Shown here: piece by piece, positions 8,558 to 18,291 of the stretch
How the letters are laid out: each line of letters opens with the position of its first letter
How positions within the stretch are numbered: position 1 is the first letter of the stretch
Assembly: GCA_044229975.1 (NCBI GenBank)
Contig: JBGARZ010000004.1
Location: forward strand, 352,001 to 416,000
Reading direction: 5' to 3'
Length of the DNA: 64,000 nt
DNA from: Polyangiales bacterium
GTDB taxonomy: Bacteria > Myxococcota_A > Polyangia > Polyangiales > Ga0077539
The notes under the pieces: model-generated
The model's database searches: none
Told to the model about the DNA's origin: nothing
The model's input: only the letters and a program-made list of their open reading frames with translations
Made by a program: the position numbers and the translations under genes

Positions 8558-10474
8558 ATGAGCTACCTCGTCCTCGCGCGCAAGTGGCGGCCGCAGACCT
8601 TCGCCGATCTCGTCGGGCAGGAGCACGTCGTCCAGACGCTGCACAACGCCATCACGCAAGACCGCCTGTCGCACGCGTTTCTCTTCACCGGGGCGCGCGG
8701 CGTGGGCAAGACCACCATCGCCCGCATCCTGGCGCGCTCGCTCAACTGCCTCGGTCGGCCGGGCGTCACCGCCGAGCCCTGTCTGGAGTGCGCGGCGTGC
8801 CGAGAGATCGCGGACGGGAGGGACCCCGACGTGCAGGAGATCGACGGCGCGTCCAACAACGGCGTCGACGACGTTCGGCGCCTGCAGGAGACGCTGCCGT
8901 ATCGACCGCTGCGCGACCGCTACAAGGTCGTCATCATCGACGAGTGCCACATGGTCTCCACCAACGGGTGGAACGCCCTGCTCAAGACCCTCGAAGAACC
9001 ACCGCCGCATGTGAAGTTCATCTTCGCGACGACGGAGGTGCACAAGGTCATCCCGACCATCCTGTCGCGGGTGCAGCGCTACGACTTCCGGCTGCTGCCC
9101 ACGAAGCTCATCCGCGATCGCGTGGCGCACATCCTCACGAAGGAAGGCATCAGGTTCGACGACGACGCGGCGATGCTCGTGGCGCGCGAGGCGGCGGGCT
9201 CGCTGCGTGATGCGCTGACGTTCCTCGATCAGGTGCTCGCGGGCGTCGAGGGTGAGCTCACGGGCGCGGCTGCCTCGCGTCTGTTGGGCATCGCCAATCG
9301 CGGACTGCTCGACACGCTGGTGCGCGCGATGCTGACGGGCGACGCGGGCGGGGCGCTGGAGACGGTGGGGATGTTCGCGCGCGAGGGCTTCGACCTGCCC
9401 AACGCCGCGCGGCGGGTGCTCGGCGTGCTGCGCGACCTCGTGGTGGCGCGCGTCGCGAAGGACCCGGAGTCCATGCTCGACCTCGTCGACGACGAACGCA
9501 CCCAGGCGATGGCGCTCGCCGCGCAGCACGACCCGGCCGACCTGCAACGGCTCTTCACCGCGTGGGCGAAGGTGACCGAGGACGTGAGCCGCGCGCGCGA
9601 ACCGCGCTGGGTGTTGGAGATGGCCGCGGTGAGGCTCGCGCACCGGCCGACGTTGGTTCCGGTGGAGGAGCTGCTCGCGCGGTTGGGGGAGATGGAGCGC
9701 AGGCTCTCGTCGTCGGCCCCGCCGCCGCCGCGTCCGCCGACGACGCCATCGGGTGGGGGTGGCGGTGGTGGTGGCGCTCCGTCGGGTGGCGGTGGTGCGC
9801 CGACGGTGCAGCGCCCGACCACAGGGTCGCCTGCGCCGGGCGGTGGTTCGTCGAAGTTCTCTCTGCCGTCGCGCTCGTCGGCTTCGGCCGCGGTGGCGAC
9901 GGAGCTCGCCCCGACGCCAGCGCCCGTGGTGAAGCCCGCGGTGCAGCCGCCGAGGCCGGTGCTCATCCAGTCGCCAAGGGTTCCGAGCGCGCCACGGCCG
10001 TCCGACCCGCCGGAGCCGATGCCGTCGGTGCCGCCGCCAGCACCGGTTGCGACGGTGGACGTGTCGGGCGCATCGAGCGCGATGGAGGCGTGGCGGCGCG
10101 TGGTCGACGCCGTCGACAAGGCGCTGGTCCCGGTGCTGAAGAGCGCGGTGCCGCTGGAGGTGTCGGGCGAGCGCGTGCGGCTGGCCATCGACCTGCGGGA
10201 CAGCTTCTTCCGCAAGAAGCTCGCGACCGAAGAGGCGCAACAGGTGATCGCCGAGGCGGCGTCGCGGGTGTTCGGCACGCGGCCCACGATGGAGCTGGTG
10301 CAGGGGACGCTCCCCGACGACGCGCCCTCCATCGCGCGCCTGGAGGAGATGGCGCGGCAGGCGGAGCGCTACGGTCGCGAGTCGGCGCTGCGGGCTCACC
10401 CGCTGGTGCAGGCGGTGTGCGAGGTGCTCGGCGGCGAGGTCGCGAAGGTGAAGCTGGAGGGCGACCCGGACTGA
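8558..10474 (+). CDS. dnaX: DNA polymerase III subunit gamma/tau
   Basis: MSYLVLARKWRPQTF, Walker A GARGVGKTT, EIDGASN, IIDECH, LLKTLEEPP; Pro/Gly-rich linker. Confidence 0.97.
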   Translation: MSYLVLARKWRPQTFADLVGQEHVVQTLHNAITQDRLSHAFLFTGARGVGKTTIARILARSLNCLGRPGVTAEPCLECAACREIADGRDPDVQEIDGASNNGVDDVRRLQETLPYRPLRDRYKVVIIDECHMVSTNGWNALLKTLEEPPPHVKFIFATTEVHKVIPTILSRVQRYDFRLLPTKLIRDRVAHILTKEGIRFDDDAAMLVAREAAGSLRDALTFLDQVLAGVEGELTGAAASRLLGIANRGLLDTLVRAMLTGDAGGALETVGMFAREGFDLPNAARRVLGVLRDLVVARVAKDPESMLDLVDDERTQAMALAAQHDPADLQRLFTAWAKVTEDVSRAREPRWVLEMAAVRLAHRPTLVPVEELLARLGEMERRLSSSAPPPPRPPTTPSGGGGGGGGAPSGGGGAPTVQRPTTGSPAPGGGSSKFSLPSRSSASAAVATELAPTPAPVVKPAVQPPRPVLIQSPRVPSAPRPSDPPEPMPSVPPPAPVATVDVSGASSAMEAWRRVVDAVDKALVPVLKSAVPLEVSGERVRLAIDLRDSFFRKKLATEEAQQVIAEAASRVFGTRPTMELVQGTLPDDAPSIARLEEMARQAERYGRESALRAHPLVQAVCEVLGGEVAKVKLEGDPD

Positions 10475-10501
10475 CCGTGACGAGAGTTCGGAACAGGCGC
10501 C

Positions 10502-10678
10502 GGCAGCGTGGAAGGTGAGAGAGCCGCAAGGGCGCGAGGGTCGCAAGGAACGGATGAGTAGGGATTGGGCACGGCATTCGGAGCAGGCGACCCACAACCG
10601 AATCTGGTCCTCCCATCCATACCCATCCGCTCCTTGCGACCCTCGCGCCCTTGCGGCTCTCTCACCTTCCACGCCGCC
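10502..10678. repeat. Intergenic inverted repeat with ~60-bp arms (MITE/REP-like foldback)
   Basis: GGCAGCGTGGAAGGTGAGAGAGCCGCAAGGGCGCGAGGGTCGCAAGGAACGGATGAGTA reappears as its reverse complement ending at 10678 with few mismatches. Confidence 0.9.
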
Positions 10679-10751
10679 AACGCCCAATCCAACCTCCGAC
10701 GCGGTGACGAGACGCTTGCCTCCGGGCGCGTGATCGCGCCAAGGTGGACCC

Positions 10752-11084
10752 ATGGCGACCTCGACGAAGCGCAAGCAGACGACGAAGGCCACTGCGACCA
10801 CCCGGAGCGCGAAGGCGACCACCACCAAGGTCGTGGCCGCGCCCAAGAAGAAGAAGAAGCCCGCCGTCGTCGTCCGCCGCCCCGTGATGAGCGAGCCGGA
10901 GCGCTGCGCCACCGTCGCGCGCACCCTGCAACGCGCGCTGCGTCGGCACCCCAGGCTCAAGGGCGTGCGGGTCGTGGCGAAGGGCGTGCGGCTGTCGTTC
11001 TTCGAGGTGCCGCAGGAGAGCGTGGAGGTGTTCGCGACGATCCTCGAGAGGATGTGGTCGAAGGTTCGCCGGTACGTCGAGTGA
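10752..11084 (+). CDS. Small basic hypothetical protein with a Lys/Thr-rich N-terminus
   Basis: AAGGTGG Shine-Dalgarno-like sequence upstream; GTGA coupling to the downstream ATPase. Confidence 0.7.
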   Translation: MATSTKRKQTTKATATTRSAKATTTKVVAAPKKKKKPAVVVRRPVMSEPERCATVARTLQRALRRHPRLKGVRVVAKGVRLSFFEVPQESVEVFATILERMWSKVRRYVE

Positions 11085-12400
11085 CCGACGAGCTCGACGC
11101 GCTGAGGCAACGGCTTCGCGCGCAGGTGGCGCCCGTCGGCGCCGCGGCCTCGGGGCGACTGCTGGGGGTGCGGGGGCTGGCGCTGGAGGCCGACGTTCCG
11201 GGTGCGCGCGTGGGCGAGGTGGTGGAGGTCGCGCGCTCCGACGGTGACGTGCTGCGCGCCGAGGTGGTGGGCTTCGACGCGGCGCGATCGGTGCTGCTGC
11301 CGCTCGGGCACGCGCGCGGTCTCGGCGCCGACGACCGGGTGCGGCGCACGGGATCGGCGCTCACCGTGGCGTGCGGCGAAGGGTTGCGCGGGCGGGTGCT
11401 CGACGGACTCGGTGTCCCCAGTGACGGCGCCGGACCCGTGGTGGGAGAGACGGTGCTGCGCGAGGTGGACGCGTCGCCTCCCGAAGCGCTCGCGCGGCGG
11501 CGGGTGCGCGAGGTGCTGCCGCTGGGCGTGCGGGTCATCGACGGACTGCTGACGGTAGGCGCGGGGCAGCGCGTGGGGCTCTTCGCAGGATCGGGCGTGG
11601 GCAAGAGCGCGCTGCTGGGGCAGGTGGTGCGGCGCGCGTCGGCGGACGTGGTGGTGGTGGCGCTGGTGGGCGAGCGCGGCCGCGAGGTGAGGGAGTTCTG
11701 GGAGGACCACGTCGGCGACGCGCAGGGCCGCTCGGTGCTGGTGGTGGCGACGAGCGACGCGCCCGCGCTGGTGCGGCTGCGGGCGGCGTTTACGGCGACG
11801 GCGGTGGCGGAGCACTTCCGCGACGCAGGCGCGCGGGTGCTGCTGGTGATGGACTCGCTCACGCGGGTCGCGCGGGCGCAGCGCGAGGTGGGCCTCGCCG
11901 CGGGCGAGCCGGGCGTGCGTCGGGGATTACCGCCCAGCGTATTCGCGCTGCTGCCGCGGCTGCTGGAGCGGGCGGGTCCGGGCGCGGGCGCGGGGACCAT
12001 CACGGCGCTGTACACGGTGCTGGTGGAGGGCGGCGACATGGACGAGCCCATCGCCGACGAGGCGCGCGGCCTGCTCGACGGGCACGTGGTGCTCGACCGG
12101 GCGATCGCGGCGCGGGGGCGCTACCCCGCGGTGGACGTCCTGGCGTCGGTGTCGCGGCTGATGGACGCGCTGGTGGACGATGGGCACCGCGCGGCGGCGC
12201 AGCGGGTGCGGTCGCTGCTGGCGGCGTACGAGGCGCGGCGCGACCTCATCGCGCTCGGGGCCTACCGCGCGGGAACGGAGCCGACGACGGACGTGGCCGT
12301 GGCGAAGATGGCGGCCATCGAGGCGTACCTGACGCAGGGGCGCGGTGAGGTGGCGGGTTGGCCCGAGACGGTCGCGGGGCTCGCGGCGCTGGCGCGATGA
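11081..12400 (+). CDS. fliI: FliI/YscN (SctN) family type III export ATPase
   Basis: GQRVGLFAGSGVGKS, LVGERGREVREF, LVMDSLTR, EPIADEARGLLDGHVVL, YPAVDVLASVSR. Confidence 0.92.
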   Translation: MTDELDALRQRLRAQVAPVGAAASGRLLGVRGLALEADVPGARVGEVVEVARSDGDVLRAEVVGFDAARSVLLPLGHARGLGADDRVRRTGSALTVACGEGLRGRVLDGLGVPSDGAGPVVGETVLREVDASPPEALARRRVREVLPLGVRVIDGLLTVGAGQRVGLFAGSGVGKSALLGQVVRRASADVVVVALVGERGREVREFWEDHVGDAQGRSVLVVATSDAPALVRLRAAFTATAVAEHFRDAGARVLLVMDSLTRVARAQREVGLAAGEPGVRRGLPPSVFALLPRLLERAGPGAGAGTITALYTVLVEGGDMDEPIADEARGLLDGHVVLDRAIAARGRYPAVDVLASVSRLMDALVDDGHRAAAQRVRSLLAAYEARRDLIALGAYRAGTEPTTDVAVAKMAAIEAYLTQGRGEVAGWPETVAGLAALAR

Positions 12401-12443
12401 GGGGCCATGCGGCCCACCGGACGTGAGAAGCTCCGCCCGCCCC

Positions 12444-13154
12444 ATGAACCGCGCCCTACTCCCCTCGCTCTGTCTCGCCATCGCCTCCCTGTCGTGCTCG
12501 AACGATCCGCCCGTGCGCCCCGGCATCTTCTCGACGGATGCCACCGTCGCGCTGACTGATCTCGGCGCGTTCGACGTCCCGGCCGCGGACGTCCCGCGGA
12601 GCGACCAACCGACGACCACGACGGACTCTCCTTCGACGACGGACACCGGGTCGTCGATCGACGCCACGAACACCACGGACACGGGCGCTGTCACCACCAC
12701 GGACACCGGCTCGACGACGACCGACGCGGGCACCGTCACCACCACGGACTCGGGCTCGACGACGACCGACGCGGGCACCGTCACCACGGACATCGGCTCC
12801 CCCGCGACCGACGCGGGCACCGACGCCGGATCGACCACCGACACCGGCGCCTGCGCGGCCGCGCTCACCGCGTGCAGCGTCGACGGCGGCACTCCCATCT
12901 GCACCAACACCCGCGTCGACACGCTCAACTGCGGCGCGTGCGGCGTGCGCTGCTGCCTCGCGACCGACACCTGCGCCGCGGGCGTGTGTACGGCGCGCTG
13001 CCCCACGCTCCAGACCTCGTGCCCCGCGGCCCCGACGGACGCAGGCTGCGTCTCGACCCGCTGCGTCGACACCAACGTCGACGACCTCAACTGCGGCGCG
13101 TGCGGTCGCGCCTGCCCCGATGGCAAAGGCTGCGTGAGCGGTCGCTGCCTCTGA
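12444..13154 (+). CDS. Cys-rich lipoprotein with Thr-rich repeats and DxxNCGACG modules
   Basis: Lipobox-like SLSC; TTTDAG repeats; two DxLNCGACG motifs. Confidence 0.75.
   Translation: MNRALLPSLCLAIASLSCSNDPPVRPGIFSTDATVALTDLGAFDVPAADVPRSDQPTTTTDSPSTTDTGSSIDATNTTDTGAVTTTDTGSTTTDAGTVTTTDSGSTTTDAGTVTTDIGSPATDAGTDAGSTTDTGACAAALTACSVDGGTPICTNTRVDTLNCGACGVRCCLATDTCAAGVCTARCPTLQTSCPAAPTDAGCVSTRCVDTNVDDLNCGACGRACPDGKGCVSGRCL
12690..12790 (+). repeat. Intragenic 45-bp tandem repeat (about 2 copies)
   Basis: TCACCACCACGGAC..GGCTCGACGACGACCGACGCGGGCACCG repeated; encodes VTTTDxGSTTTDAGT. Confidence 0.8.
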
Positions 13155-13159
13155 CGCCG

Positions 13160-13630
13160 ATGGCCTCTGACCTCGTCCACGTCGACCGCCTCCGTGCGCG
13201 CGGCGCCGCTCCGACCAGGGACTGCGGCCCGTGCACGGCCTGCTGCACCGTCATGGCCGTCACCGAGCTCAACAAGCCCATGCGCCGGGCGTGTGATCAC
13301 GTCGGCCGCGACGGCTGCCGCATCCACCCCGAGCGCCCGTCGAGCTGCCGGGAGTTTCATTGCCTCTGGCTGCGCGGCGCGGTCGGCGACGGCGACGAGA
13401 CCCGGCCCGATGCGCTCGGGGTGATGTTCGATCACTTCACCACCCGCGGAACCGACGACGTCCACACCCTCGCCTTCGAGCTCTGGCCCGGCGCCCTGGA
13501 GTCCTCCGTCGTCCTCACCCTCCTCGACGCCCTCGCGGCCGATCGCGTCGTCCAGGTCGCCCGCCGCGATGGCACCATCACCCCCCTCGGCCCGCTCTCT
13601 CCTCTCGGGGAACATCCCGCCGCCCGTTGA
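13160..13630 (+). CDS. YkgJ-family cysteine-cluster (Zn/Fe-chelating) protein
   Basis: CGPCTACC...CDH...CRIHPERPSSCREFHCLWL. Confidence 0.8.
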   Translation: MASDLVHVDRLRARGAAPTRDCGPCTACCTVMAVTELNKPMRRACDHVGRDGCRIHPERPSSCREFHCLWLRGAVGDGDETRPDALGVMFDHFTTRGTDDVHTLAFELWPGALESSVVLTLLDALAADRVVQVARRDGTITPLGPLSPLGEHPAAR

Positions 13631-13667
13631 CGTTCCCCCTTTCGCCGTGGTGTCTCCGCCCCCTGCC

Positions 13668-14837
13668 ATGCGTCGCGTCGCCCTCTCCCTCGCCGCCCTC
13701 CTCGCTGCCCCCGCGGCGTGGGCGCAGCTCGTGCCGTTCAACTTCGTGTCCCGCAACGGCAGCCCCCGCGGCGTCACGACGCTCGCCGCCCGCATCAACC
13801 GCGTCGACTGCGCCGCTGGCGAGACCATCACCGTCTCGGTCACGCTCCCGTCGCCCGCGGTGGGCGTCCCCGAGCTCTGGGTGAGCGAGACCGTCCAGTG
13901 CGACCCCACGATGCGCGAGCCCCTGCTGGGCGCGACGTGCTTCCCCATCTGCGGCGCCGCCGTCCGCCGCTCGTGCACCATCCCCTACGCAGACGGTGAG
14001 CGCGAGTACACGTTCACCGTCCCCGTCCGCTGGATCATCGACCCGCGCACCGGCATGTGCTCCGCCGTCGCGGGCCGCCGCTACCTCCAGCTCCTCTCCA
14101 ACAGCGAGGTCGTCGCCCGCAGCTCGCCCTCGATGCGCGTCGACCTCGTCGCCCCGCAGGCGCCGCTCTCCGTCGTCGCCACCCTCGGCGGCGTCGAGGA
14201 GTCCGCCGTCGTCACGTGGACCTACGCCACGCCCGACGCCGGCACCGTCGTGGTGGACTCCGGCTCCACCGACGTCATCGACGCGAGCACCGACGTCGCC
14301 GAAGCAGGAACCGACGCGGGTGTGGACGTGGTCGACGTGGTGGACGTTCCGGTCGACAGCGGCGGCCCGAGCGCCGACCCGGAGGTCGAGACGGTGTCGC
14401 AGTTCTATGTGCTGTGCGATCCGGCACCGGGCACCAACCCGATGACCCCGATCGACGGCGGCGTGTGTCCGAGCAACCCCTTCGCCTCCCTCGACGTGAC
14501 CGACGACGCCCAGCTCCAGCGCCTGCGCTGCACCCGAGCCGACCTCACCAGCGCCGCGCGCAACGTCACCCTCGACGGGCTGCCACCGGGGGTTCCGCAT
14601 CGCTTCGGGGTGGTGGCCGAAGACCTCGCGGGCAACCGCAGCGCCGTCACGCTCTCGGGGGACTGCGCCACGCCCCGCGCGGTCAACGACTTCTGGGAGG
14701 AGTACCGCCGACAGGGCGGTCAGGCCGCGCCGGGCGCGTGCGCCGTGGGCCTCGTGGGGACGCGCTCGACGGGCGCCGGTGGGCTCGCCCTCGGGCTGCT
14801 GGGCCTCGGCTGGGCGCTGCGTCGGCGACGGCGGTAG
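13668..14837 (+). CDS. Secreted surface protein with a MYXO-CTERM-like sorting tail
   Basis: Signal peptide; Fn3-like segment (VVAEDLAGNRS); C-terminus GACAV...GLALGLLGLGWALRRRRR. Confidence 0.75.
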   Translation: MRRVALSLAALLAAPAAWAQLVPFNFVSRNGSPRGVTTLAARINRVDCAAGETITVSVTLPSPAVGVPELWVSETVQCDPTMREPLLGATCFPICGAAVRRSCTIPYADGEREYTFTVPVRWIIDPRTGMCSAVAGRRYLQLLSNSEVVARSSPSMRVDLVAPQAPLSVVATLGGVEESAVVTWTYATPDAGTVVVDSGSTDVIDASTDVAEAGTDAGVDVVDVVDVPVDSGGPSADPEVETVSQFYVLCDPAPGTNPMTPIDGGVCPSNPFASLDVTDDAQLQRLRCTRADLTSAARNVTLDGLPPGVPHRFGVVAEDLAGNRSAVTLSGDCATPRAVNDFWEEYRRQGGQAAPGACAVGLVGTRSTGAGGLALGLLGLGWALRRRRR

Positions 14838-14880
14838 CACCTACGGGTTGCGCCGCTTGCAGTGCAGGGAGCGCGACGAA

Positions 14881-15357
14881 TCAGCGACGGGCGGGCGCGG
14901 GACGACGCCCGGCGCCGACCGTGGGTGCACGCTCGCCGGGGCGGGCCTCGCCGCACGCGCGCACGAGCACCTCGACGCTCGCCGGAGGCAGCGTGCGACG
15001 GAGCTGGCCGAGCGCATTGCGGACGTACAGGCATGACTCGTACGTCTGGTCGAAGCCGGCATCCCAGACGTCCGTGGCGCGCACCGCGACCATGTCGTCG
15101 GTGCCGATGCTCACACGGACGCCGGGCCCCTCGAAGGTCTGTGCGGGGGCCTGGCCGTTGTCGAGCGTGATGACGTCGGCGAGCACGTAGCCGGGTAGCC
15201 CGGAGTCCACCGCCGTCGGGGCAGCCGGAGGGGGCAGGGTGGCGGGTCGGTTGCGTAGCGCCGGGGGGACCACCCCCCCAGCGTCGCGTCGGGCATCGGC
15301 TCGGTGACAGCTCGCAACCAGCGGGAGGACGACCAGGAGGAGCAGCGCGCGGGTCAT
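14881..15357 (-). CDS. Hypothetical lipoprotein
   Basis: MTRALLLLVVLPLVASC lipoprotein signal. Confidence 0.6.
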   Translation of the reverse strand: MTRALLLLVVLPLVASCHRADARRDAGGVVPPALRNRPATLPPPAAPTAVDSGLPGYVLADVITLDNGQAPAQTFEGPGVRVSIGTDDMVAVRATDVWDAGFDQTYESCLYVRNALGQLRRTLPPASVEVLVRACGEARPGERAPTVGAGRRPAPARR

Positions 15358-15376
15358 GGCGGTGTGATGGGCCCTT

Positions 15377-16027
15377 TCAGGCGGCGTCAACGCTCTTGGC
15401 GGCGCGGCTCTTCCACCACTCCAGCACCATCGGCATCACGGAGATGAGGATGATGAGGATGACCACCTTCTCGAAGTGCTTCTGCACGATGGGGAGGCGG
15501 CCCAGGAACGCTCCGGCGCCCATCATCGAGCTCACCCACGCCACGGCGCCGATGATGTTGAAGGTGATGAACTTCGGGTAGCTCATCGCGCCGGCGCCCG
15601 CGACGAAGGGCGCGAAGGTGCGGACGATGGGGACGAAGCGCGCGAGGATGATGGTCTTGCCGCCGTACTTCTCGAAGAAGGCGTGGGTCTTGTCGAGGTT
15701 CTTCCGGCTGAAGAGCTTGGACTCCTCGCCCTTCATGACGCGCGGGCCGATGGCCTGGCCGACGTGGTAGTTGACCGTGTCGCCCACGATGGCCGCGGCG
15801 ATGAGCGCGGCGCCCAGCAGGAAGATGTTGAGCTCGCCGGTGCTGCTCGCCACGAAGCCCGCCGTGAACAGCAGCGAGTCGCCCGGCAGGAAGGGCGTCA
15901 CCACCAGGCCGGTCTCGGCGAAGATGATGACGATGAGGATCCAGTACATGGCGGTGCCGTACTGGTGGGTGAGCGCGCGCAGGCCGTCGATGGTGGCGAG
16001 CGACTTGATGAAGTGAAGGAGGGCCAT
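15377..16027 (-). CDS. dedA: DedA family membrane protein
   Basis: FAETGLVVTPFLPGDSLLF, ILARFVPIVRTFAPFVAG. Confidence 0.95.
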   Translation of the reverse strand: MALLHFIKSLATIDGLRALTHQYGTAMYWILIVIIFAETGLVVTPFLPGDSLLFTAGFVASSTGELNIFLLGAALIAAAIVGDTVNYHVGQAIGPRVMKGEESKLFSRKNLDKTHAFFEKYGGKTIILARFVPIVRTFAPFVAGAGAMSYPKFITFNIIGAVAWVSSMMGAGAFLGRLPIVQKHFEKVVILIILISVMPMVLEWWKSRAAKSVDAA

Positions 16028-16079
16028 GACGTGCCGCGGGACTACGACGAAGGGCCCCGCGAAGGGAAGTAGGCTGCGG

Positions 16080-17444
16080 TCAGAATTCGGTGCGGGTCAT
16101 GAGCGAGCGACAGGCGCCGGGCTGCTCGGGCGACCACCCGTCGAGCAGGGCGTCGGTCACCGATCGATCGTCGGCCACGAGCGGGAGGATCGGGTCGAGG
16201 TAACGGCGCTCATCACTGCCATCGGCGCCCAGCAACGCGCGTCGGCGCAGGGCCTCGACCGCCACCGGGAGCAGTGCCCGCAGCAGGGCGCCCACCGTGG
16301 TGTTACCGATCGGTGTAAGGAGACCGTCGGCGGCGATGCGCGGGCGCAGCGACTGCCACGCGTCGTAGCCGTATGGGACGAAGGTCTCCTCGACGGCGGT
16401 GAGGCACGCGTCGTCGTAGAGCACGGCCGTCCACAGCGCGGCCATCGCAGCAGCGTACGGCAGCGGAACCGAATCGACCCCGCGCACCTCCAGCGTGTGG
16501 GCCAGCCGCACCTCGGGAAACATCGTCTTCAGGTGCGTCTCCCAGTCTCCCTGCGTGGCCCGGGCGCCCTCGAAGCCCTCGGTCATGAAGCGACGGAAGG
16601 TGTGCGTCGTGGCCTGCGTCGCGACGCCGTCGCGCTTGACGAGAAACATCGGCGCGTCGAGCGCCCAGCGGACGTAGTCGCCGAGCGACGCGTCCTTCTT
16701 CCAGGCGAAGGGGAGGAAGCCCGATCGGTCGGGGTCCATGCCCAGCCACACGAGGGCGCGCTCGCTCTTCACGGCCTGCCGAACGCCCTCCTTCATGGGG
16801 CTGTTGGCGAAGAGGCCCGACACGGCGGCGGAGAGACCGAGGGCCGCGCGGAGCTTGCGCATGGCGTCGCGCTCGGAGCCGAAGTCGAAGTTGGCCTGCA
16901 CCGTGGCGGTGCGGCGCATCATGTCGAGCGCGCGCGGACCTCGCGTGGGGAGGTATCCGCGCATGATGGGGTAGCGGGACTTGGGGACCCAATCGAGGTC
17001 GTCCTGCCGCGCGTACGGTTGGAAGCCGAGGCCCAGGAGGTGGAGCTTCGGGGTGGTGTCGAGCGAGCGCATCTCCGCGCGGTGGGTGCTGAGCTCTTCG
17101 TGGAGCGCGTGGAGCGTGTCGTGGGGCGCGCCGGAGAGCTCGAACTGCGAGCCGGGTTCGAGGGTGATGTTGGCGCGACCGCGTTCGAGGCCCAGCACGG
17201 GGCCGCCGTCCTTCTCGGGGGGAGTGGGCGTCCAGCCGTAGCGTTGGATGAGCTGCGCGAAGAGGTCGTCGACGCCGGGGTGGGAGTCGCGCGAGTGATA
17301 GTGGAGGGGGGAGCCGTCGTCGTAGAGGGCGACGCGCTCGGACTCGATGCCGACGGCGCGCTTGTCGGGGCGGTAGGAGTGCTCGAAGACAGCGAGCAGA
17401 TCTCCGTCGCCGCGGAGTGGTTCGTCGTGGCCGTTGGCAGTCAT
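16080..17444 (-). CDS. gshA: Glutamate-cysteine ligase (GCS2, plant/alphaproteobacterial type)
   Basis: VGIESE, ITLEPGSQFELSG, WVPKSRYPIMRGY, MMRRTATVQANFD, FANSP, MFPEVRL. Confidence 0.9.
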   Translation of the reverse strand: MTANGHDEPLRGDGDLLAVFEHSYRPDKRAVGIESERVALYDDGSPLHYHSRDSHPGVDDLFAQLIQRYGWTPTPPEKDGGPVLGLERGRANITLEPGSQFELSGAPHDTLHALHEELSTHRAEMRSLDTTPKLHLLGLGFQPYARQDDLDWVPKSRYPIMRGYLPTRGPRALDMMRRTATVQANFDFGSERDAMRKLRAALGLSAAVSGLFANSPMKEGVRQAVKSERALVWLGMDPDRSGFLPFAWKKDASLGDYVRWALDAPMFLVKRDGVATQATTHTFRRFMTEGFEGARATQGDWETHLKTMFPEVRLAHTLEVRGVDSVPLPYAAAMAALWTAVLYDDACLTAVEETFVPYGYDAWQSLRPRIAADGLLTPIGNTTVGALLRALLPVAVEALRRRALLGADGSDERRYLDPILPLVADDRSVTDALLDGWSPEQPGACRSLMTRTEF

Positions 17445-17533
17445 GGCGCGCGAACATAACCCGAGGGGTCACCGGGGCAACGAGGGTCGAGACGCCGCGG
17501 GGCGATTGGGGGTAGTGTCCGCGCCCCAACACC

Positions 17534-18139
17534 ATGAGCAGCAGGATTGAATCGGGTCTGACCATCGAGGGCAGCGTTCGCGGCGAAGGGGAGCTGGTGG
17601 TCGCCGGTCGACTCCGCGGCGCGCTGGTGTTGCAAGGCACGCTGGTGGTCGAAGAGGGCGGCGTCGTCGAGGCCGAGGTGGAGGCCAGCTCGGTGGTGGT
17701 GGCGGGCGTTCTGTCGGGGAGCGTCACGGCCCACGACGAGATGCGCATCCTGTCGGGCGGCTTCGTCGACGCGCGGGTGCGCGCGGCCCGGCTGGCGTCG
17801 GCCGAGGGCGCGGTGTTTCGTGGCGAGCTGCAAGCGGTGCTGACGCCGTCGGCCGCGCCCGCGCTCGCGCCCGCGGCGACGAGGGAGCGGCTGTCTCCGT
17901 CGGCGCCGGCGCCTCGCGCGCTGGAGCCGGTGGTGCCGGCGGTGGCGGTTCCGACGGCGCCTCCGGTGCCGGTGCCGACGGCGCCGAAGCGGCGGGCGTT
18001 TGCGTCGCCGTCGGTGACACCGGTGGGGACGCCGTCGAGCGCGCCGACGATGGTGGTTCCGCCGAAGCCCGCGGCGCCGTCGGGCCCGCCGCGGATGCCC
18101 GCGCTCCCGAAGGGGCGCAGCAGCTTCCAGGGACGGTGA
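17534..18139 (+). CDS. Bactofilin (polymer-forming cytoskeletal protein) with a Pro-rich C-terminal tail
   Basis: IESGLTIEGSVRGEGELVVAGRLRG...VVAGVLSGSV...EGAVFRG beta-helix repeats. Confidence 0.88.
   Translation: MSSRIESGLTIEGSVRGEGELVVAGRLRGALVLQGTLVVEEGGVVEAEVEASSVVVAGVLSGSVTAHDEMRILSGGFVDARVRAARLASAEGAVFRGELQAVLTPSAAPALAPAATRERLSPSAPAPRALEPVVPAVAVPTAPPVPVPTAPKRRAFASPSVTPVGTPSSAPTMVVPPKPAAPSGPPRMPALPKGRSSFQGR
18060..18137 (+). repeat. 78-bp direct repeat, copy 1 (bactofilin 3' end; left island boundary)
   Basis: Matches 28483-28560 with 7 mismatches by hand alignment. Confidence 0.9.
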
Positions 18140-18155
18140 CAGCGGGGCGGGGGGA

Positions 18156-18195
18156 AGACACTTTCACGGTGAGTTGGGTCACTGAGAAAGTGTCT
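18156..18195. repeat. ~40-bp palindromic site, copy 1
   Basis: AGACACTTTCACGGTG-AGTTGGGT-CACTGAGAAAGTGTCT. Confidence 0.9.
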
Positions 18196-18291
18196 CGGCG
18201 CGATGGGCTCTGGGCCTTGTGAAGCGAGGGTGGGCGTCGGCGGGGCGGAGGTCGTGCGCGAGGCACGCCAAGTACTCGTCGACCGTCACAC

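Noticed and set aside
8558..10474. Programmed -1 frameshift producing the gamma subunit of DnaX
   Set aside because: No A-AAA-AAG or poly-A slippery site was seen.
7448..11815. 1455-aa minus-strand ORF and many other long Arg/Pro/Ala-rich ORFs (e.g. 89-1690, 42590-44971, 45096-47960, 50717-53140)
   Set aside because: Shadow frames of real genes in very GC-rich DNA; only the last ~341 aa of the 1455-aa ORF (the TPR protein) looks real.
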